The position numbers were made by a program, and so were the translations under genes. The notes beneath the pieces are model-generated. The model was not told the origin of the DNA, did not search any database, and was given only the letters and a program-made list of their open reading frames with translations. From contig JAYWIR010000023.1 in the NCBI GenBank assembly GCA_036172245.1, positions 2,852,001-2,916,000 of the forward strand: a DNA stretch of 64,000 bases, given 5' to 3'. The stretch is from Raillietiella orientalis (Eukaryota). Shown here piece by piece: positions 1-13,251 of this stretch (positions are counted from its first letter, which is position 1; each line of letters begins with the position of its first letter).

Positions 1-1104
1 GGCAACTGCTGAATGAAGGAAAGCGGCGGCCTGGATCTTTGAGGATCTGCTCGGTGGCCACGGCGCTCTCCATACCAAGGGGGCTTCTCTGCCTGATTGC
101 TTCCTTCAGGCGTTCTATTTCGCTGAGGTCCAGCGGGGGGAGGGGGGAGAACGCCGGGTTTTGCAGCCTGGATTACTCGCTCCCATTCGCGTACTCGCTT
201 CGATGACGAAACAAGAAAGGAGAAGGGAAGGGGGGAGAAGAGAGGACGAACTTCTCTGTTCATCCGTACTTTCCACGTAAGAGGAAGTGACGGAGCGCTT
301 TTTTGCACGCCCCTCATCCCGTGATCTTCCTTCTCGACGAGCACAATAGGATCGGAGTTTCCTGAATAATCGCTCATGTAGCAGCAACTTTTCAGAGTTG
401 GAACACCGCGTCCTCCTGGCGTGGAGCCTGCCGCCTTGTCCACCGCCTCTTTTGCTCCGAGGACGGCGCTTCCCTCTGCCCGCCTCCCCGCTCTCGGCCT
501 TCCTCCCCTCCCCCCTTTCCTGTTTTGCGCGCGCGCTTCGCCTTTGTTTTCCAGAACAGAAAAACGAACAAGCGCAAAGCAAACAAACAGGCGGACATGC
601 GGGCGGGCGCGCGCATTTCTTCCCCCGGTCGCGCGCGCGGGGTGGAAGGGGCTGATCGATGAAAGGCCGATCCCAGGCGAGCGCTTCCTGGTGGTGCCCG
701 CCGGAGCCTTCCGAAAGTCAGGTTGACGAAGGAGGCGACGGGAACAGATCCCCACTGCGAAAGATCAAGAGACTAATCATCCTAGATAATGGAGACGTTA
801 AAAGAGGAACCCTCCATCCGCGGGGAGATGGATGGGAGGATGCGCTGACGAGCGAAACACCCGGGCAGCGGCGGCAACCCCGAGGACGGGTTCGTCCGCG
901 GGAAGGAAAGGGGAGGGGAGGAAAGGGGGAGGAAGAAAAAAAAAGGAGGGAGGGAGGAAGAGAAAATGCGAGCTCGAGCTCCTGAAAGTGGATCATCCCC
1001 TCCTCCCCTCGCATCCCTTTTTGCTGTGCATAATGGAACGGCGGCGACTCCGCTCGGAGTCTGCGGCACGCGATGATGGCCGGGGCGATCTTTTCGGTAG
1101 GAGG

Positions 1105-1132
1105 GTGCGTGCGTGCGTGCGTGCGTGCGTGC
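1105..1132. repeat. (GTGC)7 microsatellite
   Basis: Seven perfect GTGC units. Confidence 0.95.
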
Positions 1133-4100
1133 GCGAATGCCTGCGCATCGCTGCATCTGCAGCCAGAGGTCTTTCCAGACGGGGAGGCAGCAGCTGGAGC
1201 CTTTTCGTCCTACCCTGAGGCATCACCCCCTTCCCTCCTCTCCTTCCTCCTTCCCCTTCCTTCTCCCTACCTCCTCTCCCCCTGATTCCCGCGAATCAGA
1301 GATGGAGGCAACGCTCGCCCGAGAAGGCGCTCCTCCTCGTATAGAGCGGGCTGCACCCCCCGCGCCCGTGGAGGAGGCAGGCAGGAGCGCCTTTGCATCC
1401 CCCTTTTCCCTCTCTCGTCTCCTCCTCCTCCGCGGGAGGGCCGAGGACTGGAGAGCGCCCACCGGGGATGCGCTCGCTCGCCCCGTTCACGGACCGGCCG
1501 TCCAGCTGGATGGTCGACCGCAGCGTCCTGATTGATGGTCCCGCCCTCGCGGTTTCGCTGGGATTCGAAGGTGGCAGCGGAGGAACGAGGGAGACGGGAA
1601 GAGGAGAAAAGGAAAAGGAGGAGGAGGGGAAGGAGATTATCCCCATGAGATCTGCAGGCCGATGGGTGGATCGCTCAGACCAGGTTTTGCAGGGAGGGTG
1701 ATGGAGCGAAGAAGCCACCCCTGCCATCGATTCCCGCGAGGCTTTTGCCTCGAGAAAGGGGTGAGGGAGGGGGGAATCCGGGAAACGTCACGGGAAGAGA
1801 GGCTGCTTCTGTGCTCGTTGCCGGCGCGTCCCGAGAGGCGCCGGCGAGTGCGCCGCGGGCGTCCTTTCCCCGAAAGCGGCGGGAAAGAGAGCACTCCTCC
1901 CGTGGCGGGACGCCAGCCGCGGCGTCCCCGCCTTGCTAGGAAGGTTGCGTTCTCTCGACCCGGGATGCTGCGGACTTTTTCCCCGGCGGCTCGGGGCGGA
2001 GATGACGGCCAGTTTGGAGACGGACGGCAGCTCCACGGGGCGCCGGCGGTCCAGGGGCCCAGCCAGCCCCTGCCTCTGGCCCGCGTGCGCCACAGCGGGT
2101 GAACGCGGGCGAGGGAGCTGGCCGAGGAGGCGGCGGGCGGGTCGCAAATCCACCTCCTCCCCCCCCCCTCCCTGTCTCTCCCTTCCTCGCGGGATTGTTC
2201 CCAAATCGATTCCCGATGGAGATCTCCTGCCGCTAATTAAAGAACACGAAAAGGGTGTGGCTCACCTATTTCAGGCTCGACGGGATACGACGAGCTTCTC
2301 AGATTTCCTCCTCCTCCTCTTCCTGCTCTTTTCGTTCCTCGCTTTCTCTGCCCCACTTCCCTTCCACTCCCCCTATCCTCACCCACCTCCCCTCTCCCCC
2401 CTCCTCGAGAGTAATGGCCACCTTGCGGAGCGGCTGGAAGCCGTGCTTGTTGAAAGACCGGAGGGAGCGTCCCCACTTGTGGGAACCGCTGGGAGCATCC
2501 CTCAGGGCAGCGGGAGGCAGGCACCCGGCGGGAATAACGGGAGTGGAGTTTCGAAAGTGAAACGTTGAGGAACTCCCTGTAGGGGGAGGGGCGAGCGCGA
2601 GCATATCTGCCGGCCCGATCGCGCCGGCTAGCAGCGGGAATGCGGGGGCGGCGGCGCTGGCCGGCGTCATTCGCGGCTCTCCGGGGAGACGAACTGCTCC
2701 CGGACGCAGGGGGAAGCCCTGAGGGAGCCGAGGCGGCGACCCGCCCGGTTCCCTCGCACACCTCCTTCCCTTCCAGTCCTCCCCGTCCCGCGCGCCCATC
2801 CATCCTCGAGGAGGACCAGGGGGCCGGCTGATTTGTGCGGCTCGCCGTCCTCCCCCTCCCTCATTAGGGGGTTTTCCCCCTCCGTTGGGCAGCCGCGGGT
2901 CTCCCGGCGGCTCCTTGGCTGCTGGGGAACAAAGGTCAGCCGCTCAACCCGCAATTTACTCTAGGGGGGCAGGGGGAACGAACGGAGTCCCTCTGGGCAG
3001 CCTCGGAACATCCATCATCATCCCCTGCAGTAGTAGAAGCGGCAGCGGAAGCGGGAGAGGAGGAGGAGGATATGGGCGAATCCGAAGATGCGGAATGGTC
3101 CTGCTTTTTCCCACCGGGGATTCCCGGAAGTCGTCCTGCGACTTCCCCCGTCACACCGATCCGAAGCTCCCGCCGGAGTTTTCCTCCCTCCACGTCCCCT
3201 GCCTCGCGCGCTCCCCATCGACCCCGCTCCCTTTCGCCGCAGATGAGAACAGGAAGATAAGATCGTCATCTTTATCAGTTCCTGAATGGCATCCCATCGG
3301 ATCGGATTAAGGGCTAGCGTGACCCCGGCTGGCGGAGCGGTGCCGGCAGCGACCGTCTTCCGGAGAGGAAGAGAAGGGGGAAGCGATTAGAGTCCCCGGG
3401 ATCGTTCGACCGCCGCTCGTCGCGGCAGGGGGATCGGCGACCCTCCATCCCCCCACTGACAGCGACATCCGGGCGACGTGAGGCATCGCCGACCGAGTCG
3501 AATGGCGGGCGTCCCCTCACCGCGCCTCCGCGGAGGGGCGCCCCGTCGTTATGGGTGCCTTCCGCGGTGGATCCGGAAGGCTGATCCTCGTGAAAAGGCG
3601 GACCGGGATGCGGTTTCCGCACGCGCGAGGCAATTCCCTACTCATCTTCTCTCCTCCCTCCCTCCCTCGTCCCTTTCCCCTCGCCCTCTCTTCCTCCAGC
3701 TGAGGATTGAAGGGAAGAAACCGGAAAGCACTCCGTGCCTCCTTGCTGGGGGGGGACCAGCAATGCCCCCGGGAACGAGCAAGCGCGTGTCCGAGAAGCG
3801 CGCTCTTGTTCAGGAGACGGGAACTAGCTGATTCTTTCCGCATGGTGGTAAGCGATCGAAAGCAGCAGTAGCGATGCACTCCTTGCTCCTCCCCCCTCGA
3901 ACCCGCCCGCCGGAGTCGAGGGACGATCTGCACTCTCGTAAGCCTGTGGCAATCCGGGAGGCACAAGAGGCGGAGGAACACGCGGAAGACAGGAAGCAAA
4001 GCAAGAGGGGAGAGGAGGGAAGCAAGAGGAACGGAGCGAACGCTCGTGTGCACTCGCTCTCGGTTGCTCGGCAACCAAGCCGTGATGGCCAGGAAGCAGC

Positions 4101-4959
4101 GTGCCTCCTGCAGGCAAAGGACCGCGAGGCAGCGGCAGGCAACACGCGATGCCCTTCCTTCTCGCGTGCGCGCACGCGCGCGCGCGAGCTCATTTTTTTT
4201 TCTTTTTTCCCCCTTCTCTCTCTCCCGCTCGTCTTCGAGCGCGACCGCAGCGCCTCGCCCCCTTCGATCCGGAAATGAGCGGAAATTTCGAGGGTGCTTT
4301 CGCGAGGCGCGCGCCAGCTGAGACCTGAGCGTCCTCTGTAGGCGCCCCCATTTCCTCCTTTTCCTCTCGTGACTTTGCAGCAATCGCTACCAATGTGTCA
4401 TCACGGGGAAGAGGGGGGAGGGAGGGAAGGGGAACATGATAGTGAGGATGAGGAACACGAGGATGGTGAGGGCGATGTGGCTGTTGCGGGAGTGGACGAC
4501 GAAGATGAGGAACATGTGGACAGTAAGGCTAGGATGATCTCAACGATGGATCCCATTAAAAGTAGGAGAAGACCGTGCGGCAGAAAGGAACAAACTCAGT
4601 TCTCAAAAGAAACGCATAGAGACGAGGACCGGAAGGGCGCTCACTATCTCCCCCCCCATCCTCCTGCCCGTTCCCAGTGCCGTCCTCGTTCTTTCGCGCG
4701 CCACGCTTCCGTTTTCCCTCTATCGCCCTCCCCTCCTTCCCCTCCCAGCGTCCCTGCCACCTCTGTTTCCATCCATCCTGCGGCATCTTCGAGCTGCGGT
4801 GGCACATCCCTCGAGCTCACTGGGCGCAGGCGGACGGCGCAGGGGCAGGAAAGGGTTAAGCCAATTACGTTGGCGGCGACTGCTCCCTTTGTAGGGAGCG
4901 ATTTTTTCGACGGAGGATCCGCTTCCCAATTGGGTAATCCGTTTAGCCATTAGGCGGAA

Positions 4960-5011
4960 GTCCCGCTCGGGAGTCCCGCCGCGACGTTGTGGCGGGACTC
5001 TCGAGCGGGAC
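4960..5011. repeat. 52-bp near-perfect palindrome
   Basis: Arms GTCCCGCTCGGGAGTCCCGCCGCGAC / GTTGTGGCGGGACTCTCGAGCGGGAC give 23 of 26 Watson-Crick pairs; the other 3 are G-T. Confidence 0.9.
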
Positions 5012-8000
5012 CGGATGCGTCGCGAGGAGTCGAGGAGGAGAATGGGGAGAGGAGGGGGAACTGAGGGACCTGCCTGCCCGCGTTCCCATCCTCCGCGGGC
5101 ATTCGCTCGGTCCGCGCTTCCCGTCCTGCAAATCGCGCGCCGCGAGCTTCCCGGTAAGGAAACACCCGTCATGGGTTTCCCACGGCTCTAATCCCTCTTG
5201 CTAATTCTCTTCCTCCTCTTTCGTCGCCATAACGACTGCTCCCGTTCCCTTGCACCCTTCGTCCTGCTAATCCTCCTCGACCTCTTGGAGCCATCACGGG
5301 GACGTCGCTCCGGTAGCCACCTCTTCGCGCTGCCTCCCACTTTTCGGATGGCGGCAGAAAGACGGTCCCTCCTCCCTACCTCCGGGGGATTCGTCCCAGA
5401 GCAGCGTTTCCTTCTCAGGCCTGCCGAAAGGGAGTGCGGAGGCAGTTCGCCGCGGCTCCTCCTCCCCGCTGCGAGCTCTACGTGTCGCTTCTGGCAGTTT
5501 GGCCAGCGCAGCCCGTTCCAGGAGGGGAGAGAGGAATCCTGGGGATTTCGTTTCCTGGGAGACTTCTCCGCCTCGATCTTCAGACGATTGCCGCCTTGAC
5601 ACCTGCGTTCCCACCGGAAACTCTCTGGCGCGAGCGCGACCGGGTTTCGCGGGAGGCGAGCACGCGTCTCTGGGTGACTCTAGGATTCTCGCGTTCCGGT
5701 AGAGAGGCCGCGCGGGTCACGCGGTCAGGGAAGGAGGGGAGAAAGCGGGGCAGGGGGGGACTTTCATCTTGGGACGGGCAAGCGGGTGGAGGAACAGGGA
5801 CCGAGGTATCCGCTGGAGATGCTGAGAGGCTTCTCTCTCCGGAGGCGCAGCTCGGTCTGGGGAGGCTGCTGCTCGCCTGATAGCGCAGCGTCGCATCCGG
5901 GAAGGGAGCGCCGAGAGCGTGGGTTCCCTCCAGCGCGCGGTTAGCGGCGGCAGCGCCTTCGTCATCACTGCTGCCTTGACCCCCCCCCTCCTCCCCTTCC
6001 CCGTATCTGCCTAGAATCCAAGTCGCCGCGCCGACCAGGGAGTTGCCACACTTCGCGAGCACGGACGGTCGTTCCTTCGTGAGGATGCGCGGGCGCATGC
6101 GCCGTGGTCGCGCCATCGCGCGCGGATGCGCGGGTGCGCGCGCGCGATTTGGTAACCGTCGCGGCGGTGGAAGACCACCGTGCACTCGAGCGTTGCTCCG
6201 CCGAAAATGCCAATCTAAGAGTTGATATCCGGTTCGTTTATCTCCCGTCCTCGACGGAACGTCCGCTTTCCCAATCGCGGGCGCTCCCTTGGTGAGTTTT
6301 TTTTTTCTTCCATCATCATCAACATCTTCTTTCCTTCCTTTTTTGTTTGTTTGTGTGCCTTCTTCCTCACCTGGGGCACGTGCCATCCTGCGACCCGCAG
6401 AGCCAGCTTCCCTCCACGGGAGAGGAGGCTGCAGTTTCCAGCCCCAAGAGGGAGCGCGTCACTCACTCCTTCGAGCTGGCAGAGCGGTCGAATGAGGACT
6501 TCCCATCGACCTCATCCCCGACGGCTGGCCATTTTTTTTTCTTTTTCCTCGCGGTTTCCGCCGCACTTTCCACGCGCCTTCCCAGTTTCTTCGCCGTGGA
6601 GGAGGGCTGCGGTGCACGACGGGGTGTTTGAAGGGTGGAAGTGCGCTGCCGCGACATGGAAGGGATGCTCGTTTGAGACGGACTCGCAGCCGGGTCGGGA
6701 ACCCCCTTCTACCAGCAATTAGGGTGGCCTGCGTAGAAAGCTCTCTCCGCCGCCCCGGGTCCGCTCAGGACGCCGCTTGCTGCGCTTTCAAGCGGACGAC
6801 ACTCGTCCAGAGGAAAAGCGCGACCTTCCTTTCAGGACTGGACAAACGGGGTTCGCCCTCCCTCCGCCCTTTGGGGGGGGAGGGGCGTCTTCGTACGATC
6901 TCTTGAGCTGCGCGAGCATCTCCAATTTTCCTTTCCTTTTTTTTCTTTTAGCTACTGCAATCGCGTCTCATCAGAGCCGGGACTCAGAACAGAGGTCTGT
7001 CGTGGTCGGTGCAGACGCCTCAGACCACTTCATAGCTCCCTGCAGGCCGCTTCGGTCCACTTGGCTCCCAAAGAAAGCAAGCGCTCTTCACAGAATCCTC
7101 GTCCGGGAACAAACACGCCCCACCTCGCAGCTCTCGTTCTTATGCATAGAACTGAATTCCTTGCCACCCCTGTGTGAGCGGGAAGCTCCATCCTGGTTTC
7201 TCTGGACGCCGTTTCAAGCATTCTTCTGGTCTTCCTTAGTGGCTACCCATTCTGCAGCATGGGGAAAATGGGTTCTGATCCTGAGATTCCCAGGATTTTT
7301 TCCCTCCATGTGTCCGCAAGGTTCTTCTGGAACAGAACGAAAGGAACTGGAATTCTTAGGACATGAGCAGTCCTCCTGGCCCTTACCTTTCGCTGGATTT
7401 CTTTTTCCCATTTCACGGTGCTTTCTATTCCAGAAAGCTGCCAGCTGACAGGTCATCACCGACTGGCACATCCCTCCGTAGTCCGAGCTCAGACCACCGA
7501 CATCTGGGCTGCTCTGGAGGCCGTGTTTCCCATAACCTGAATTCCACCGAGGATCTCCACCAACCTGACGGAAACCCCACTTTTACGTACCGGACAGGAT
7601 GCAGCAGCGCAGCGCTGTATTGCCGCCACCCCCCTCCCCCACGATCTGGATCTTGGAGGGCTGGATCTTGGACAAATCTGATTTCCGGAAACAAAGACAA
7701 GGCGTCGCCAGCTTTAGCACGTGGCTGAAAGGAGGATTCCAGAGAAGGAAGCAGATCACTGGGCTCAGTTCGACCTTTCGATCTTCTTGAATTAAGGATG
7801 AAGAGATTTCTGAGGATCACTTCCCTCGCGCGCAGTTCTCCCGCTAAACAGGATTGCCTCTCCGCTCGGGGAGAGCGGCACCTTTAATCCAAGTGTCTCG
7901 CATGGCGGGCGCACGCAATGAGTGCTCTTACGACGCGGACGAGTCCTCCCCCATCCTCTCGGTTTTCTTCTTTCATCAAAAAGCTCTTTGACGCTTGAGC

Positions 8001-8479
8001 AGATTGGAAGCACAGGAAACCCGGACACTGTTTCCGAGGGAAATTTGCTCTCAAGGGTTCAAGATGTCCTTGGTGGAAATCCGTGAAACACTGACTGGCA
8101 GTTCCTTTCATCTCTTTGTTTTTGTTCTGTTCCTCACTCCCTTGACTCCCGTGCTGTCATCAAGCACGGCCATTGCATCGGCTGTTCCAGTCCATCCTGT
8201 GATTGATTTATGGAGAGGTGGGTTCTCATTTCGGGGATCACATCTAGTCCTAACGAACTCGAGTCGCTTTGTTTTAAAGTTCTTTTGAACGACACTCTGT
8301 GTGGCCATGTGCCATTCTTCTGTTTGCACGATCCTCCTCCTTCCTCATAGAAGAAATTTTCTGGAATTTCACTTTCAGGATCTCGAGCGAACGGATTCTC
8401 TCGGGAGAAGGTTTTCGACTCCTCACCGTTGGAAGACCGAGTGGCAGCTATCTAAGGACGTTAAGGGAACACCGGTAGG

Positions 8480-8850
8480 CACTGCACAACTGAGATCATC
8501 ATGGATCCTGTCGTCCAAACGTCCAAATCGCTTTCTGGATACGATCGCAATACTTACTATGCTTCCAGTCCGAAATCCCGAGTGCAGCAGCAGTCGAATG
8601 CTCAGGTTCCAGAACACTCGAATGTGCTCTCCAAGGAGGGGCGTTTCCCGTTGTAGCCGACAAGAAAGCAGGAAACTTTGAAATTTCCAGTTGCATCCTT
8701 TCCGCTGAGTCCTCTTTCCGGAGCATTCTCTCCATGTCCCTCCAGCTTAGTTGCCTGATTGCCGAACATAAGGTTTGCACGTCTAATCCTTGCAGAAATC
8801 TCCATGGCCACTGACTGGGAAAACAACCAAATTACTGGTATCATCTATCC
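8480..8850 (-). mobile_element. possible RTE-like LINE 3' relic
   Basis: EISARIRRANLMFG..TKL, CSAIRQLSWRD and LGISDWKH..DR resemble the post-RT region of RTE elements; frameshifted. Confidence 0.35.
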
Positions 8851-10849
8851 CGCAAAACCACTTTTCCCGAAAGCGATTTAATGACTGACGAAGAAACAGA
8901 CCCATATCCTGACATAGGTTTTGCGTGTTTCGCTTGGATACATTTCAATAGTGTGCGATGAGCCTTGAATAAACCAGGGATGGAAACAAAGACAATGCCC
9001 AACTTAGGGATGACAGGAGGCAGAGATATTTCTGACGGAATTGGCAGTGATCACAGAAAACCTTCGGGATTTATGCTTATTGTTTCGTGTGGATGCTGGT
9101 TCCGAACATTAATTTTAGGGGGGACCACGGAGCAAAAGCCAATTACATTTCCCTCGACAGAGTGGTGTCCGTAACGAATTTGGATACCACTTTGGATAAA
9201 TTCTTGATAGAAGGCTCTCTACGATAAGAAGGCACAAACGGGCGTTATCATTGTCGGGATCCGATTCTGCAGAAACTCGTGACAAATGCAGGGCTCCACT
9301 TGGAGCTTATAGGCGTGCTCTCTCGAAACGAGCTTTCGTGGACGATCGAACCTAGTTGGCAGTATCCTGTACCCAAGAGCCCAACACCGAAAATGCGAGG
9401 GAAAGTTCTGAAAAGGTTCCTCTCGAGGGAGGGATGGGGACTTCGCGTCATGGGAGGAAGGGGTGGTTTCGTGTAGCAAGACAACGCTTCGCTGGTGCCG
9501 CTCCGTGAACGTCCCTCACCGCGCGCCACCTCCAGTATCTGCAAAGCCACGCTCCGCTCTCAGAGGATTCATCATGCCTCCCACTTCGCATGATTTGCTC
9601 CTGATCTGGTCGCACGCTGCTGTGCGACCATGCATCAAAAATGCTCCGGCTACCAGCGGAAATAAAAACCTTCCTTGCGCGCGCGGGACGTCGGGAGAGA
9701 AACGAGCCGCTTGCCTCCTCGTTTTCTTTATTTCCTTTCTGGATCGGAAAAGGCAATATCCCCTCCCCCTCCCTCCGCTTTTCCCCCTCTTTCCCAGATA
9801 CAAATTCCTCTCCGTGCACTGCTGCCGCAACTGGCAGCAGAAAGAATGTAAATACCAAAGTAAAACAAATGACTGGATGTCTCACATGGCCGAACATTAA
9901 TTCAAAACCCTTCTCTCCTTCATTTCTCCAGTCACCATATCTGACGCAAACAAGAGATAGCGGAAAGAATTTCCTAGGAATCTCTCCGCTCAACGATCTC
10001 TCCGAAAGCCATTGCGCTTATGATTGCTTTTGTTTCGGGAAAGAGAAGGGTGATCAAGCAGCCTTATCAACAGAACCATCTAGAATTACAAATCTATGAA
10101 AGTGATAGATGGTATTTCGCTCTTCGTGAAGGATAGACCGTGTTTATCGTCGTCCAATCAATTTACGGAAGCAGCCTCTCGGGCGTCCGCTGCGAACGGA
10201 ATTTGTGCGAGCAAAAGACGCGGGAAAACGAAATTCATTTTCCGCCAGCACGCTTTGATTTTAGAGGATGGGAGAGACTCCTGGTTAGTGCGTTGCAGAT
10301 TAGATTAATGCTCTTAACGGGAACCGTGGGCATTCGAATATTTCTGACCTCCACTTCCTCAGGAGGGAAATGGAGCTTGAAAACAGCGGAATCGCTTCTG
10401 ACTCTCGTGGAAAAAAGTGGTGTCCACGACAACCTGCATCTCTTTAGCGGGTGTGGGGTCCATTAGACAGAAATGAGCATTTGGACCTCCACAGACACGC
10501 TTTTCACGAAGCAGGGATTCGCCCATCGCATCTCTTTGTGATTCTGGAATCTCAGATCTTCAGAGCGGTGTGATCTCGTTCATCCTCCTGATTTTCTAAG
10601 GGGTGTTCCAGAATAAGTTTCCCACAAATGAAATCCGATTCTTTCTGCTCAGTGTTGCGTAAGTGGGCTCCACGAAGAGCAAAGGCATTGAGGTTTTCGA
10701 GCCGAGCGAGGTCATTTCTTCATGGTGGTGTCCCCTCAACACTCTGTGCTGAACCTAGGAAACATGTTTCTGGAAAGCAACAAATGGTGTGCAGCGAAGG
10801 CCATGAAGCGTACGATCCAGAAGATTTGTGCTCTTCCTCAGAATGGGGC

Positions 10850-12200
10850 CCTCCAAATTTCGGAACTGCAGTTCCTTATCCGTGAATAAGGAGTGGAGAA
10901 CTTTGCCCGAGGCAAGTGGTAGCTGCAACGCGAATGTATCTGGATGCCGAATCTGATATCTAGTGGGGTCGGGATCGCGGTGTCCAGCCATGCGTGCAGC
11001 TTACGCCTATGTAGAGAAATCTCGAACTGATCCTGTCGAAGACTGTCTGCCGGTTTCCCTTTTGCTGTTACAAGAGGACACGTTTCCTACTTGCGGTGGC
11101 TTTGCACTCTAGGCGAAGAACACGGTCATCTCCCGGTTCAGACAAAAATGAGGGGAAAATAAAGGTTGACTGAAAGCTCCAGGTAGAGATTCCTAAAAGA
11201 TTCCCAAAAAGAATGAAAGCAAAAGTTTCCGAGAGACGAACTCCAACGATTTTCAAAATGGATTTCCCAGAAGTTCCGCAGAAGTTCGGATGGAAGCGAA
11301 GAGTGGGCTGGGATTCCCAAAAGAAAGCTTTCCGCTTTCCAAGGATGGATGGTACGACGGCGTTTGCTACTCGCGGATCCGTATCTGATTTCCGAAACCT
11401 GCAATCGAGGCAGCAGCTGAAAATCAAGTCTTAGACTCAGCATCCTTTTTTCTTTCGAAGAACGCAAGTTCTTCTATCTGGAGGAAGGCGGCCATCGCCA
11501 CTGCTGCGAACACATGGAAGAGTTCCCTTTCATTTAGCCCACATGGATTTCCCCCAACGCTTGTCTTTGGAACTTGGCATTTCAAAGAAGTAGTGGGGAT
11601 ACAGTGGTGGACAATCCAAAAGTCACTCACGGAAATGATTGGATGACATTCAAGAAACTCCTTTACCGAAATTCATCCGTAGAAAAGACGAGTAAGTGAC
11701 ACCGCTTTGTGCGTTAAGAAAACTTCAAGCCCCTGGCTTTCTGTCGAGTTTGCTTGATGCTCTTCCGCGATTTTCTTGCGGACTCGACCAGAGGATGCGA
11801 AACTCCTCCTGATCGAGGGACCAGATGCGCTTCTTTTATCTTTGAACCTGCCTGTCCTCTCGTGCTTTGTTTTCCTTGAATCCATACTGTTTCAACAGAC
11901 GAGAAAAAATGGAAAACATCTCCCTTAGCGGGAGCTGAATGTTAGGAACCATTTCCTCACGTTCCCTTCCTCAGCGCACAGCACGTTGGACTAATAGCAA
12001 ATGGCGTGCGTGCGTTCCAAACTCCCTCTTGATATGCTGCCAGGATCGGCTTTTTTCCTTTCTTGTGCTGTCACTTGATGCTCGATGGTTCACCCGGGAG
12101 CATCGAGACCATCCAGGGTAAGAATCATCATCCGGCTGCCGTGATCCCACTGGTGAACGAAGCGGCATTCTGTCGGAGCATTTGGAAGAATTCCACCACG
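10850..12200 (-). mobile_element. possible very decayed LINE 3' half
   Basis: Weak collinear hints: QPDDD (~12130), SRKTKH (~11870), LRLECKATASRKRVLL (~11090) and TRYQIRH..FALQLP...SLF...FRNL (~10900). Confidence 0.25.
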
Positions 12201-12437
12201 GGAACTTGCAACGGTGTTCCCGATCCCCCATCCTTGATTTCTGTCCTGGCTTACGCTGCATCTGGACTCCTTCAAAGCGATGAACCTCATCAAGTGGAAG
12301 ACATGCTGTTGTTGTTTTTTTGACTCTCGACTGCTTTATTCCGATGGATCTGCATTCCTATTCCTGATGCACGTGGATGTACCCAGGCAAGCGTGCACAT
12401 CTGGCTCGAGAAAGTATGTGGTGCTCTGGCGTTGGCG

Positions 12438-12530
12438 GGCGCGTGGCTGTGGTCTCCACCACGCCACCTTGATTTTAGATGCTTCCTGTTGAGTTTGCGG
12501 GTTCGAATTCCACCTGGGGAATGGTCGATG
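12438..12530 (+). mobile_element. tRNA-derived SINE-like head (degenerate A box + B box)
   Basis: A-box-like TGGCTGTGGT at 12444-12453 and B-box GGTTCGAATTCC at 12500-12511. No cloverleaf or acceptor stem. Confidence 0.4.
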
Positions 12531-13198
12531 CCGACATGTGGGTGCATTGTTGGTTTCGAGTCCTTCCTTCGGGAACGCCGGTTGCTCTAAAGGCTTCGGG
12601 TGCAGCACTGATGGAAGCCGGAAACCGAGAATGTTCCCGTTGAGTGGCCGGGACTGGGAACTGACCCTCCGAGGTCCTTCCAGGAATCAAGGAGCACCGG
12701 TTCCCTTCGGGACTTTTTTCGGTTGTTACCAATGGAGCCGCACCATCGCGTACCATGCAGTTGGTACTCCCCAAAGTATCAAGAAGTGCGTTGCTTTCTT
12801 CGGGGAGCGACCCTTCCGGGGTTCTCTTCAGAGGAGCACCATCAAGTTCCCTCAGAAGGAGAAATTAAGTAGCGGATCCTTTCCAGGGGTTCCTCGTAAG
12901 AAGAAATGAGGAGCTACCCCCTCCGGTCGACTCTTCCATAGAAAATAAGAAAAAAAAGGTTCCCTCCAGGGTTTCCTTCGGAGACAGCTGCGGTAAGGAT
13001 TCCCTTCGGGGTTCCCTACGAAGGGTAAGATGAACGGACTTTTTCCCCTGGAGTCTTCCTGGCTTCATAGGGTGGTCCCTACGAGATTGCCCCCTGTAAC
13101 AACTTGAAGAGTTACAAGCACCTTCTGGTGGTATGGATAGCGTTAAAGGAGTTTTGTGAGACCTCCCCTAAGGAAGCGAACGGTTCTTCAGCACTTAG

Positions 13199-13251
13199 GA
13201 ACTGAGTAGTAAGTCTGCACTACTCAGTTCGACCTGCAAGCACTGCAGGTT
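13199..13251. repeat. two adjacent inverted repeats (12-bp and 7-bp stems)
   Basis: GAACTGAGTAGT-N8-ACTACTCAGTTC immediately followed by ACCTGCA-N5-TGCAGGT. Confidence 0.85.

Noticed and set aside
4369..4953. ORF with an acidic stretch (EHDSEDEEHEDGEGD...DDEDEEH)
   Set aside because: Explained by a degenerate GAN triplet repeat; no domain or supporting exon structure.
7380..7730. Possible minus-strand exons (HVLKLATPCLCFRK..., donors GTACGT and GTAAGG)
   Set aside because: Would need a 26-nt intron, and the peptides match nothing I recognise.
12438..12520. tRNA gene
   Set aside because: A B box is present but there is no acceptor or anticodon stem; treated as a SINE-like remnant.
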